Part shown: one piece after another, positions 44,311-53,170 of the stretch | Numbering within the stretch: the stretch's first letter is position 1 | Layout: every line of letters begins with the position of its first letter | Source of the DNA: Nitrospirota bacterium | Lineage (GTDB): Bacteria > Nitrospirota > Thermodesulfovibrionia > Thermodesulfovibrionales > JdFR-85 | NCBI GenBank assembly: GCA_015484595.1 | Contig: WFMM01000124.1 | Coordinates: 1-60,242, forward strand | Length of the DNA: 60,242 nt | Direction of reading: 5' to 3' | Position numbers and translations under genes: made by a program | The notes under the pieces: generated by a model | Told to the model about the DNA's origin: nothing | The model's database searches: none | Seen by the model: only the letters and a program-made list of their open reading frames with translations

Positions 44311-44316
44311 TTTTTT

Positions 44317-45531
44317 ATGAAAGACTCTGAGCTTGTTATTACAGGCATAGGGATAATTTCTCCTGCTGGCATTGGAAAAGATGCTTTCTGGCAGGGCCTT
44401 TGTGAAGGGAAAAACTGTCTTGGAGATATTACGCTTTTTAGCACCGATGGATTTAATGTCAAAAAGGCATGCGAGATAACCGACTTTAATCCTCTGGATT
44501 TTATACACAAGCGTCACCTGAGAACCCTTGACAGAAGCACAAGACTTCTAATAGCTGCAACCAGTCTGGCCCTTGAGGATTCAGGAATCAATATAAACGA
44601 GCAAAACACCTTTGATACTGGCTTCGTTGCTGGTAGCACCTTTGGAAGCCTTCACAGTATATTTCAGTTTGACAGAGAAGGGCTGATCGAGGGTCCTAAA
44701 TATGTAAACCCCTCCTTTTTCCCAAACACGGTTATTAACTCACCTGCAAGTCAGGCTGCTATTCAATTCAAGATAAAGGGGTTTAACACTACCATTTCAA
44801 CAGGTCTCTGTGCATCTCTTGATGCATTCATATATGCCTGCGATTTTCTGAGGCTTAAAAGAGCAAATACCGTACTGGTGGGAGGCGTGGAGGAGCTTTG
44901 TGAAGAGATATTCATGGGACTTTATCAGTGTGGACTGCTTTCTGGCCTGGATGGCTCAGAGCCCATCTGCAGTCCCTTTGACAAGAACAGAAATGGACTA
45001 GTGCTTTCTGAAGGTGCTGCAGTGCTTGTGCTGGAAAGAAAGGAGCACGCCCTTAGAAGGGATGCCCCTGTTTTAGCAATGGTCGTATCCTATGCAAATA
45101 GCTTTTCACCTAATAAAAAGCAATCATCAGGACTTGAGATATCCATAAACAGGGCTCTTAAATCAGCAAACCTTAAACCCGAAGATATTGACCTGGTGTT
45201 TTCTTCAGCCAATTCAACGAAGGAACTTGACAGGCTTGAGGCAGGAGTGATTAAAAGCATCTTTGGAAAAAAAGTTAAAATAACTGCTATTAAGTCTACA
45301 ATTGGAGAGCCCTGCTCTGCCTCTGGTGGATTTTTGTTGTCCTCTGCTTCCATGGCACTTACAACCAAGCTCGTGCCACCAACTGTGAATTCTAAAGAGC
45401 TTGACCCTGAGTGTGACATCAATTTAGTTACTGAAGGTGGGGGGCTTTCTGGTCTTAAGAGGGTCATGGTTATCGGCTCAGACCCTTATGGAAACAGCTC
45501 AGCAATAATACTTCAGGGCTACGAATCATGA
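44317..45531 (+). CDS. Beta-ketoacyl synthase-like protein lacking both catalytic histidines (KS partner/CLF-like)
   Basis: It has a thiolase fold. The active-site Cys context is retained (ISTGLCASLDA). HGTGT is replaced by SSANST, and KSxxGH by KSTIGEPCSASGG. Confidence 0.78.
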   Translation: MKDSELVITGIGIISPAGIGKDAFWQGLCEGKNCLGDITLFSTDGFNVKKACEITDFNPLDFIHKRHLRTLDRSTRLLIAATSLALEDSGININEQNTFDTGFVAGSTFGSLHSIFQFDREGLIEGPKYVNPSFFPNTVINSPASQAAIQFKIKGFNTTISTGLCASLDAFIYACDFLRLKRANTVLVGGVEELCEEIFMGLYQCGLLSGLDGSEPICSPFDKNRNGLVLSEGAAVLVLERKEHALRRDAPVLAMVVSYANSFSPNKKQSSGLEISINRALKSANLKPEDIDLVFSSANSTKELDRLEAGVIKSIFGKKVKITAIKSTIGEPCSASGGFLLSSASMALTTKLVPPTVNSKELDPECDINLVTEGGGLSGLKRVMVIGSDPYGNSSAIILQGYES

Positions 45532-46736
45532 AGAAAGTCGTAATAACAGGCATAGGTCTTATAACCTCGATCGGTATAGGAAAAGAAGAGTTCTGGAAGA
45601 ATCTTCTCTCTGGCAGGTCTGGTATCAGCCCTGTGACTGCCTTTGACACGAAAGAGCACTTCACGCATCTTGGCGGAGAGGTCAAAAACTTTAGCCCCGA
45701 AGATATGGGGCTTTCTGAATACATTGATACCTGTAGCAGGGCCTCTCTGCTTGCCATTTCTGCCACGAAGCTTGCCATTGAAGACTCAGGTCTTAATTTA
45801 TCAGCAGAGCACCCTACAGATACGGCCGTCTGTATTGGAACCACAATGGGAGCTGTTCAGTCCTCGGAATTCATAAACGAACAGATGGTCTTACACGGCG
45901 TGCAGCAGTTTAGAAGGGAAGAAATCTCTAAGGTGCCTACCCATTCAACCTCATCAATTGTTTCCAGGCTTAATAAACTGTCAGGCCCATCGATGATGTT
46001 TTCCACTGCCTGTGCTGCTGGAAACTACGCAATTGGCTATGGAACGGATTTAATAAGACTGGGGAGAGCACAGATAGCTTTGGTCGGTGGTGCTGAGCCC
46101 TTTTCAAAGGTGGCCTTTACGGGCTTTAATCAATTCAAGGCTGTGGCACCTGAGAAGTGCCAGCCCTTTGATAAAAACCGTAAGGGCATGATGGTTGCCG
46201 AGGGTGCCGCAGTGCTCGTGCTTGAATCACTGGAGCATGCTCTTGAACGAGGTGCAGAGATATATGCTGAAGTACTCGGATACGGTCTTAGCTGTGATGC
46301 AAAGCACATGACCACTCCATCTGTAGAAGGGATAGTTCTGTGTATGAAAAAGGCACTGAGGTACTCTGGCATCACGCCTGATGAGGTGGATTACATCAGT
46401 GCCCATGGCACTGGAACCATTGCAAACGACAGAGCAGAGGTGGCAGCAATAAAAGAGGTTTTTGGAAACAGATACAGAGAGATACCGGTAAGCTCTATAA
46501 AATCAATGCTCGGTCACACAATGGGTGCTGCCTCAGCAATCGAAGCTTCAGCCTGTGCACTTGCCATAAAGACTGGTTATATCCCACCGACTATCAATTT
46601 CGAAACCCCAGACCCAGATTGCGATGTAGATTGTGTGCCCAATGTGGCAAGAAAACAGGAGGTTTACATAGCAATGAATAACTCCTATGCCTTTGGCGGA
46701 AATAATGCTTCGCTAATTTTAAAAAAATTCTCTTAA
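45528..46736 (+). CDS. fabF: Beta-ketoacyl-[ACP] synthase II-type condensing enzyme (complete Cys-His-His triad)
   Basis: It has FSTACAAGNYA (Cys), ISAHGTGT (His) and KSMLGHTMGAAS (His). An ATGA overlap links it to the upstream KS-like gene. Confidence 0.88.
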   Translation: MKKVVITGIGLITSIGIGKEEFWKNLLSGRSGISPVTAFDTKEHFTHLGGEVKNFSPEDMGLSEYIDTCSRASLLAISATKLAIEDSGLNLSAEHPTDTAVCIGTTMGAVQSSEFINEQMVLHGVQQFRREEISKVPTHSTSSIVSRLNKLSGPSMMFSTACAAGNYAIGYGTDLIRLGRAQIALVGGAEPFSKVAFTGFNQFKAVAPEKCQPFDKNRKGMMVAEGAAVLVLESLEHALERGAEIYAEVLGYGLSCDAKHMTTPSVEGIVLCMKKALRYSGITPDEVDYISAHGTGTIANDRAEVAAIKEVFGNRYREIPVSSIKSMLGHTMGAASAIEASACALAIKTGYIPPTINFETPDPDCDVDCVPNVARKQEVYIAMNNSYAFGGNNASLILKKFS

Positions 46737-46748
46737 CAGGAGGCACCT

Positions 46749-46997
46749 ATGGGGAACAGTGTAGAGCAAGAAATCATATCGATTGTCTCTGATGTAACAG
46801 GCTTTGAGCCTGAAGAGATTACGCCTGATAAGAATTTTTTTGAAGACCTTGAGGTTGACTCGATTAAGGCCATCGAGATTGCAGTTGCCATTGAAAAGAA
46901 GTTCAAGGTATCAGTAAGGGATGATGAAATTCCAAAAATCACAACCGTAAAGCATGCAGTAGACCTCGTAAACAGTCTCCTTTCGCAAAAGAACTAA
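46749..46997 (+). CDS. Acyl carrier protein
   Basis: The 82-aa product has the phosphopantetheine site LEVDSIKAIEI (DS motif). Confidence 0.85.
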   Translation: MGNSVEQEIISIVSDVTGFEPEEITPDKNFFEDLEVDSIKAIEIAVAIEKKFKVSVRDDEIPKITTVKHAVDLVNSLLSQKN

Positions 46998-46998
46998 G

Positions 46999-48411
46999 AT
47001 GCCTTTAAAGGGAACAGAAACATACGACGCAGTAATTATAGGTGCTGGCATTGGTGGTCTTGTGTGTGGTTGTTATCTTGCTAAGGCTGGCTTGAAGGTG
47101 TTGATAGTGGAGCAACACTACAAACCAGGTGGATATTGCACATCTTTTAAGAGAAAGGGCTTTACCTTTGATGCAGCTGCACATTCAATAGGAGGAATAA
47201 AGTTAGGAAATGTTGGAAGGATTTTTAACGAGTTAGGAGTATATAATAGATTAAAATTAACCAAAATAAATCCTTCAGATATTGTATTATACAAAAAATA
47301 TAAAATTTCATATTACTCAGACATTCAAAAAACTATTGAAAATTTTCAGGACGCCTTTCCACAAGAAAGTAAAAATATTAGAAGTTTTTTTGAAAATATT
47401 ATAAATCCCACTCCTCTATTCTTTGCTAATCTCAGAAGTTGGACCTTTGAACGTCTTTTAGATAGTTATTTTAAGAATAATGAGTTGAAAGCTATTATTG
47501 CCTATCCTCTTCTTGGAAATGGTGGCTTACCTCCTTCGCTTTTATCAGCGTTTATAGGGGCAAAGATATATAAAGAATTCTTAATCGACGGTGGTTATTA
47601 TCCAAATAAAAGCATGCAAAGTTTACCCGATACACTTGTTAACATATTTAAAGAGAATAATGGAGATATAATTTTATCGGGATCTGTTAAAAAAGTATTG
47701 ATTGAAAATAATCGTGCTATTGGAATAATTTTGGAAAAGAATTCACAACCTATTCGAGCAAATTATATTATATCTAACATTGATGCAAGAACTACTTATC
47801 TTAATTTAATAGGTAAAGAACATTTACCATCTGATTTCTTAAAAAAAATTGTTCAAATGAAATATACCAATTCCATGTTTATTGTTTATTTAGGTTATGC
47901 AGAGCCAATTGAAGATTTACCATCAGGTGCAAATTTATGGTTGCTTTCAGATTCTAATCTAAACGAAATTTATAATAGTTCTATTAATGGTAATATATTC
48001 AAAAAGAAAAGTTTCATGATACATATTGGCTTAGATAGAAAAACAGTAATTGCTTTTGTTATGGCTCCATTTATATCAAAAGAATTCTGGTATGAAAACA
48101 AAATAAGATGGACCAATAATTTTATAGAATTAGTAACGAGTTATTTTCCAGAATTAAGACACAATCTCGTATATAAAGAAGCTGCTACTCCTTATACTCT
48201 TTATAGGTATACATCTAATTTTAAAGGGGCAGCCTATGGGTGGGCAAGTGTGCCTAATCAATTAGCTGATAATGACTTTAGAAAACCATCATTTATAAAA
48301 AATCTTTATCTTACAGGACACTGGACCACTCAGGGGTTAGGCATTCCTGGCGTTACATATATCAGCTATGATCTCGCAAGGTTTATAATGAAAAAAGAAA
48401 AAATAATTTAG
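46999..48411 (+). CDS. FAD-dependent oxidoreductase of the phytoene-desaturase (CrtI/COG1233) family
   Basis: It has the dinucleotide fold YDAVIIGAGIGGLVCGCYLAKAGLKVLIVEQHYKPGG and is 470 aa long. Most of the gene is extremely AT-rich. Confidence 0.78.
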   Translation: MPLKGTETYDAVIIGAGIGGLVCGCYLAKAGLKVLIVEQHYKPGGYCTSFKRKGFTFDAAAHSIGGIKLGNVGRIFNELGVYNRLKLTKINPSDIVLYKKYKISYYSDIQKTIENFQDAFPQESKNIRSFFENIINPTPLFFANLRSWTFERLLDSYFKNNELKAIIAYPLLGNGGLPPSLLSAFIGAKIYKEFLIDGGYYPNKSMQSLPDTLVNIFKENNGDIILSGSVKKVLIENNRAIGIILEKNSQPIRANYIISNIDARTTYLNLIGKEHLPSDFLKKIVQMKYTNSMFIVYLGYAEPIEDLPSGANLWLLSDSNLNEIYNSSINGNIFKKKSFMIHIGLDRKTVIAFVMAPFISKEFWYENKIRWTNNFIELVTSYFPELRHNLVYKEAATPYTLYRYTSNFKGAAYGWASVPNQLADNDFRKPSFIKNLYLTGHWTTQGLGIPGVTYISYDLARFIMKKEKII

Positions 48412-48423
48412 AAAGGTTTGTAT

Positions 48424-50547
48424 ATGAAAAAATCTAAGGAAGAGTTTGTAGAGGAAGAAATATTAAAACTTTTCCAGTACTGGGGAGCTATAGTTTTAGG
48501 GATTGGTGCATTTTTAATAGTATCTCTAATAATACTTGATTATTTCGCTGCTCATAAAACATTTTATAAATTCTTATCAATCAGAATTGTTAGTGTAATT
48601 CTAATTGTGCTTCTTTTTTTAATTAACAAAAAAAGAAGAAGTAAACAGATACAGGTTGGCATTACAATTGCTGCAACAATAATAGCTGCTTCAATGGTAG
48701 AGTTGATGATACTTTCTACTGGTGGACATCAGTCGCCTTACTATGCAGGAATGATATTAACTTTTCTATTTATTATAGGATTCTTGCCTATATCTTATAA
48801 ACTTACTTTATTAGGTGCTTGTCTAATTTATTCAATATACCTTTTCCCTATAATTATTTTTGATAACATTATCAATCTTAATATTTTCGTTAGTAATAAC
48901 ATTTACTTAATTTCAACTTTTTTTATAGGCATTACATGGCGACATCTTAATCAGTCGCTTTTGATAAAGAATTTCTCCCTTCAATATGATTTATTTATGG
49001 AACAAGAACGCTTAAAACTCTACTCCCACCACCTGGAAGACCTCGTTGCGGAACGGACTAAAGAGCTTGCCAAATCACAGGCAATGCTTCAGGCACTGCA
49101 TGACCATGCAAACGACGGAATACTGGTATTTGATAAAGATGGAACTATAATCGATGCAAATAACAAGGCCTGTGAACTTCACGGCTACACAAGAGAGGAG
49201 ATAAAGGGTAAGAACATAACTGAACTGGAATCTGAAAGTAACATACCTCTTTGTAAAGAAAGGATACAGAGGCTTCTTAATGGAGAACCACTACTTTTTG
49301 AGACAGAGCACAAACGAAAGGACGGCGAAAAGATAATCCTTGAAGTCAGTTCCTGTGCCATCAAGTTTGACAACGAGATAGTTATTGAGTCCTTTCTCCG
49401 TGACATCACAGAGAAGAAAAAACTACAGAACCAACTCATGCATGCCCAGAAGATGGAATCTGTGGGGACCCTTGCGGGTGGCATTGCCCATGACTTCAAC
49501 AACATCCTTACAAGCATCCTTGGTTATGCAAGTATGCTCGTTGAGTATCAACACCTACCCCAGGATGTTATCTCAAAGATTAAAGTGATAGAGTCTTCTG
49601 CACGAAAGGCGTCAAATATCGTTTCAAAGCTACTTAGCTTTGCAAGGAAAAAAGGCAAGGAAGTGGCACCACTTAATCTAAATAGCATCGTAGAAGACTC
49701 TTTAACCATGACAGCAAAACTTATCCCAAAGGATATCGAAATAAAAAAGGAGCTTGACCCAGGCCTGCCCATAATAAATGGTGATACCACACAGTTAGAA
49801 CAGGTTATCATTAACCTTTTGATAAACGCAAAAGATGCCATGCCAGATGGGGGGACCATTTTTATAAAAACATCATCAGAATATATTGATAACAATACCC
49901 TTGACATATCTGTGGATGCAAAGCAAGGAAAGTATGTAAAGCTTGAGATAGCAGATACAGGAACAGGAATTCCCAAAGAGATAAAAGACAGGATTTTTGA
50001 GCCCTTTTATACAACTAAAGAGGTGGGTAAGGGAACAGGGCTTGGGCTTGCAATGGTGTACGGCATTGTAAAGGACCATGATGGATATATTTTAGTCGAT
50101 ACTGAGCCAGGGAAGGGAACCTCCTTTTACATATACCTGCCTGCTGCCAACAAAACACCTGTTATAGCCGAGTTTGATGTATCAGATAAAAAGCCATCCT
50201 GTGGTGAAGTATTGGTAATTGACGACGAATTGCCTGTTTTGCAGTTCGTAAAGGACTTACTTATAAAACAGGGGATAGAGGTTAGGATATTCCAGAATCC
50301 CTTTACAGCTCTTGAATATTTCAAAAAACACAGAAACAGGGTGGATATCATAATCACAGACATCCTGATGCCCCAGATGGATGGTAGTGAGCTGATAAGG
50401 AGAGCAAAGACCATTAAAAAGGAACTCCGCACAGTAGCAATGACAGGCTTTGTGGATGCAATACAGGATGTAGAGGCAGACCGATTTATTGAAAAACCCG
50501 TAAAAAAGGAGGTTCTGCTCAGTATAATAGATTCCCTCTGTGCGTAA
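48424..50547 (+). CDS. Hybrid sensor histidine kinase (polytopic membrane sensor-PAS-HisKA-HATPase-receiver)
   Basis: It has about 6-7 TM helices, a PAS domain (HDHANDGILVFDKDGTIIDAN), H-box GGIAHDFNNIL, G-boxes DTGTGIP and GTGLGLAM, and receiver residues VLVIDDE...ITDILMPQMDG. I prefer ATG 48424 over TTG 48418. Confidence 0.85.
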   Translation: MKKSKEEFVEEEILKLFQYWGAIVLGIGAFLIVSLIILDYFAAHKTFYKFLSIRIVSVILIVLLFLINKKRRSKQIQVGITIAATIIAASMVELMILSTGGHQSPYYAGMILTFLFIIGFLPISYKLTLLGACLIYSIYLFPIIIFDNIINLNIFVSNNIYLISTFFIGITWRHLNQSLLIKNFSLQYDLFMEQERLKLYSHHLEDLVAERTKELAKSQAMLQALHDHANDGILVFDKDGTIIDANNKACELHGYTREEIKGKNITELESESNIPLCKERIQRLLNGEPLLFETEHKRKDGEKIILEVSSCAIKFDNEIVIESFLRDITEKKKLQNQLMHAQKMESVGTLAGGIAHDFNNILTSILGYASMLVEYQHLPQDVISKIKVIESSARKASNIVSKLLSFARKKGKEVAPLNLNSIVEDSLTMTAKLIPKDIEIKKELDPGLPIINGDTTQLEQVIINLLINAKDAMPDGGTIFIKTSSEYIDNNTLDISVDAKQGKYVKLEIADTGTGIPKEIKDRIFEPFYTTKEVGKGTGLGLAMVYGIVKDHDGYILVDTEPGKGTSFYIYLPAANKTPVIAEFDVSDKKPSCGEVLVIDDELPVLQFVKDLLIKQGIEVRIFQNPFTALEYFKKHRNRVDIIITDILMPQMDGSELIRRAKTIKKELRTVAMTGFVDAIQDVEADRFIEKPVKKEVLLSIIDSLCA

Positions 50548-50587
50548 AGGATAGAAAAATAAATCAAAAAATATTAAAATTAACTCT

Positions 50588-52099
50588 ATGGTAGCATCTC
50601 GTAAAAAGAATCCCAAAACCTGCATGCTTGAGCCTGTCTGTGAGCCCTTTGGCCTTATAATCTTTGGAGCATCAGGGGACCTGACGAGGAAGAAACTCAT
50701 ACCAGCTGTGTTCAGTCTTTACTCTCGTGGGATGTTGCCAGAGCGTTTTTTTATCCTTGGAGCAGCACGCACACCCTTTAAGGATGAAGAGTTCAGAAAA
50801 CACCTCTCTGAAGGCATTTCAGAAAAGGAGGGGAAAGCCGAGTTTCTTAAACACATATATTACAGCTCTGTGGATTATCAAAGGCCTGAATCTTACAAAA
50901 ACCTCAAAAGCACGCTTCAGAGGTTAGAGAAAAAAATAAAAACTCAAAAACGCAGACTCTTTTACCTTGCAGTCCCACCTGTGCTTACCGAAAACATAGT
51001 ACAGTCCCTTGGTGAAAACTCACTGATTAAAAACCTACCTGACGTCAGGGTGGTTATAGAAAAGCCCTTTGGCTGGGACCTCGAATCAGCCAGGGCACTT
51101 AACAGGACCCTGCTTAAGTATCTTACCGAAGAGCAGGTTTTTCGTATAGACCACTATCTTGGAAAGGAGACCGTGCAGGACATACTTCTTTTCAGGTTTG
51201 CAAACTCAATATTTGAACCCATCTGGAACCGCAATCACATTGAGCACATTCAGATAACCGCATCTGAGACCATCGGGGTTGGTGAACGAGCAGGCTACTA
51301 CGATAAGGCAGGTATTATTCGGGATATGTTTCAAAACCACATAATACAGCTTTTAAGCCTCGTTGCCATGGAGCCACCTGCCTGTTTTGAACCAAAAAGA
51401 ATCAGAGACGAAAAGGTAAAGGTCTTCCGCTCCTTGCGACAGATGAGTAAAAAAGAGGTGCCTGAATACACTGTATTTGGACAGTACATAAGAAACAGAA
51501 TCGACGGTGAGGTGATACCAGGTTACAGGGATGAGCCCGGGGTAAAGAAGGACTCAAAAACACCCACCTTTGCTGCAATGAAGGTCTTTATAGACAACTG
51601 GCGATGGCAGGGTGTGCCCTTTTATCTCCGTTCAGGAAAGAGGCTTCAAAAAAGAATCACCGAGGTATCAGTGCACTTTAAAACCGTCCCCCATTCTATA
51701 TTTAAAGACATCGTATCAGGTGACATAAAGCCCAATGTTCTCATCTTTCGTATTCAGCCTGACGAGGCAATAGAGCTTACCTTTCAGACAAAGATTCCTG
51801 GCACCAAACTCTGTTTCAGAGATGTGGTAATGAACTTCTCTTACAGGGATTATGGCACAGAGCTACCTGATGCCTACGAAAGGGTGCTGATGGACTGTCT
51901 GCGGGGCGACCATCTCCTGTTTGTGGGACAGGAGGGTGTGGAGATTGCATGGGAGTTCTTTACCCCGGTGCTTGAGTTTCTGGAAAAGAGTAAGCGGCTG
52001 GTGCTTTTTCACATACACGATTACAAGGCAGGCACCTGGGGGCCCTGGGAGGCTGAAGAGTTCATTAAAAAAGACGGGTATCAGTGGTGGGTAAAATAA
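50588..52099 (+). CDS. zwf: Glucose-6-phosphate dehydrogenase
   Basis: It has GASGDLTRKKL and RIDHYLGKE motifs and is 503 aa long. Confidence 0.95.
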   Translation: MVASRKKNPKTCMLEPVCEPFGLIIFGASGDLTRKKLIPAVFSLYSRGMLPERFFILGAARTPFKDEEFRKHLSEGISEKEGKAEFLKHIYYSSVDYQRPESYKNLKSTLQRLEKKIKTQKRRLFYLAVPPVLTENIVQSLGENSLIKNLPDVRVVIEKPFGWDLESARALNRTLLKYLTEEQVFRIDHYLGKETVQDILLFRFANSIFEPIWNRNHIEHIQITASETIGVGERAGYYDKAGIIRDMFQNHIIQLLSLVAMEPPACFEPKRIRDEKVKVFRSLRQMSKKEVPEYTVFGQYIRNRIDGEVIPGYRDEPGVKKDSKTPTFAAMKVFIDNWRWQGVPFYLRSGKRLQKRITEVSVHFKTVPHSIFKDIVSGDIKPNVLIFRIQPDEAIELTFQTKIPGTKLCFRDVVMNFSYRDYGTELPDAYERVLMDCLRGDHLLFVGQEGVEIAWEFFTPVLEFLEKSKRLVLFHIHDYKAGTWGPWEAEEFIKKDGYQWWVK

Positions 52100-52785
52100 A
52101 GGGCTTTAACGACTATCAATCACTGTCAGACTGGTTATACGAGGAACTCCGAAAGCGATACAAATCAAAAGCCAGATTTAAAAGACCCTTCAGGGTTGCC
52201 TTCTCTGGTGGCACATCGCCATTTGGGCTCTGGGAGAGAATGGTCTGGGCAGGAACTGACTGGGATTACATGGAGGTCTTTTTCGTGGATGAACGGGCAG
52301 TGCCACCTGATTCAGAACTCAGCAATTACAGGCTCCTTAAGGAGAGGCTTCTTGAGCCAGCAAAGCTCAGGAATGCCAAGGTTCATCGTATAGAGGGGGA
52401 GCTTGGTGCTAAGGAGGCATCAAAAAGGTATAACCAGCTCTTAGAAAAGGAAATAATTAGAACAGGGCTTGACCTCATCGTTGCAGGCATTGGTGAAGAC
52501 TGCCACATCGCCTCTTTGTTCCCCGGCACATCTGCGCTCAGGGAGAAAGACCTCTTTGCCCTTCCGGTTACCGAAGCACCCCTTGCCCCACGAATTACCA
52601 TAACCCTTAGAACCTTCAGGGCAGCAAAGGAGGTTTTTCTCATTCTTTCAGGAGAAAGAAAACGCAAGGCCCTGTCCTTGATACTGGATGGCGATGTTGA
52701 CCAGAGCCGCTGTCCTGCAAAGGCAGTCCTTAAGCTGGGAAACTCAATGGTGGTAACAACAGAGCTTGGACAGAGTGGTTACTGA
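52084..52785 (+). CDS. pgl: 6-phosphogluconolactonase
   Basis: It has the pattern FSGGTSP...FFVDERAVP...GIGEDCHIASLFPG. The GTG start overlaps the zwf 3' end. Confidence 0.85.
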   Translation: MVGKIKGFNDYQSLSDWLYEELRKRYKSKARFKRPFRVAFSGGTSPFGLWERMVWAGTDWDYMEVFFVDERAVPPDSELSNYRLLKERLLEPAKLRNAKVHRIEGELGAKEASKRYNQLLEKEIIRTGLDLIVAGIGEDCHIASLFPGTSALREKDLFALPVTEAPLAPRITITLRTFRAAKEVFLILSGERKRKALSLILDGDVDQSRCPAKAVLKLGNSMVVTTELGQSGY

Positions 52786-52786
52786 G

Positions 52787-53170
52787 CTAAAGGGTGTCAG
52801 ATATATCTTCCTTTTCAAAGATAACCAGGCCCGTTTCTTTGGCCTTTACAGCAATGGGGTTTTTCTGCCCTACCATCTCTCTGAAGGAATCCACACTGTA
52901 AGCAAAAAACTCAAAAATCCCTGACGGGTCATGTTCGCGAAGGAAAAGATTTTCCCTGAGAAAATCAACGGCACAGTTGTAAAGAATGAGCAGGTAAATC
53001 GGTGGCCTCCGAGGGGTAAGCTCCCTGTCAGGCTCGGGGCAGAAAATGGCAATAAGCTCAATCTCTGAGCCCCTGTCTTCGTGCAGTCTGTTTATTAACT
53101 CAGAGAGAGGTTCAAAGAAGTACTGGTCAGCCCAGCTCTTCCTCAACTCGCTCCACGATGGCCTTTGCAT
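52787..53170 (-). CDS. Nucleotidyltransferase-fold (MNT-like) partner of HEPN protein, apparently lacking GS/DxD catalytic motifs
   Basis: It overlaps the HEPN gene 3' end by 44 nt. Its layout resembles minimal NTases (IELIAIF...YLLILY...ETGLVIFE), but I could not find GSxxxG or DxD. This by-eye assignment is tentative. Confidence 0.4.
   Translation of the reverse strand: MQRPSWSELRKSWADQYFFEPLSELINRLHEDRGSEIELIAIFCPEPDRELTPRRPPIYLLILYNCAVDFLRENLFLREHDPSGIFEFFAYSVDSFREMVGQKNPIAVKAKETGLVIFEKEDISDTL

Noticed and set aside
42149-50547. Classical mobile genomic island
   Set aside because: No integrase, transposase, flanking direct repeats or adjacent tRNA target is visible. Only compositional anomalies support foreign origin, so I report it as an accessory or mosaic cluster rather than a mobile element.
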